DNA of 63,109 nucleotides, filler included, from Choristocarpus tenellus KU-1152 (taxonomy: Eukaryota > Protista > Phaeophyceae): NCBI GenBank assembly GCA_964200185.2. It is 10 parts of 10 records of this genome, joined end to end, with 100 filler letters (N's around TTAATTAATTAA, not from the genome) between each part and the next. Parts side by side here need not be neighbours in the genome. Positions count along the whole stretch, not along the records: positions 59,193 to 63,109 come from CAXNAD020017160.1; 9 more parts are not named here. The stretch is one strand, 5' to 3'. Position numbers and translations under genes: made by a program. The notes below the pieces were generated by a model, which saw nothing but the letters and a program-made list of their open reading frames with translations, searched no databases and was not told the origin of the DNA. Of the stretch, positions 63,034 to 63,109 are shown piece after piece (the first letter of the stretch is position 1; each line of letters starts with the position of its first letter).

Positions 63034-63109
63034 AACAGCCTCTCAGCGAAATTGAGGATGGAGCATACTATGGAGGATGGGTTTGACCCAAAATGGTGCG
63101 CGGAAAGTG

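Noticed and set aside
1-63109. tRNA/rRNA genes, endogenous viral genes, prokaryotic operons
   Set aside because: None recognised by inspection. A covariance-model or HMM search was not possible, so small RNAs cannot be excluded.

Overview
This is eukaryotic nuclear DNA, not prokaryotic: genes have GT-AG introns, TTAGGG tracts are common and decayed transposons are abundant. Gene and TE style suggests a stramenopile or brown alga, but that is inference only. The window is ten contigs joined by nine artificial 100-bp spacers (N44-TTAATTAATTAA-N44), so adjacency across spacers is not real. Spliced genes reconstructed by hand: the 3' part of ALG5; a complete mitochondrial-carrier-family gene head-to-head with a PH-domain gene; an unknown multi-exon gene; a GBP/atlastin-type GTPase head-to-head with an EOLA1-like ASCH gene; the 3' part of glycyl-tRNA synthetase; a long RS-rich exon; and the 5' end of purH/ATIC. 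Mobile DNA: about ten copies of a ~250-bp MITE, a DD39D mariner remnant interrupted by three of them, an IS630/Tc1-like remnant, Copia remnants and LTRs, and a CRE-like LINE 3' end. The most unusual signals are three. (i) Two MITE copies carry the same conversion of their terminal repeat to (CCCTAA)2, at opposite ends, against a background of many short interstitial telomeric tracts. This may reflect telomerase-like templated insertion at internal sites. (ii) The MITE has unusual termini and target-site duplications, and is mostly nested in other TEs. (iii) One solo LTR lacks a target-site duplication.
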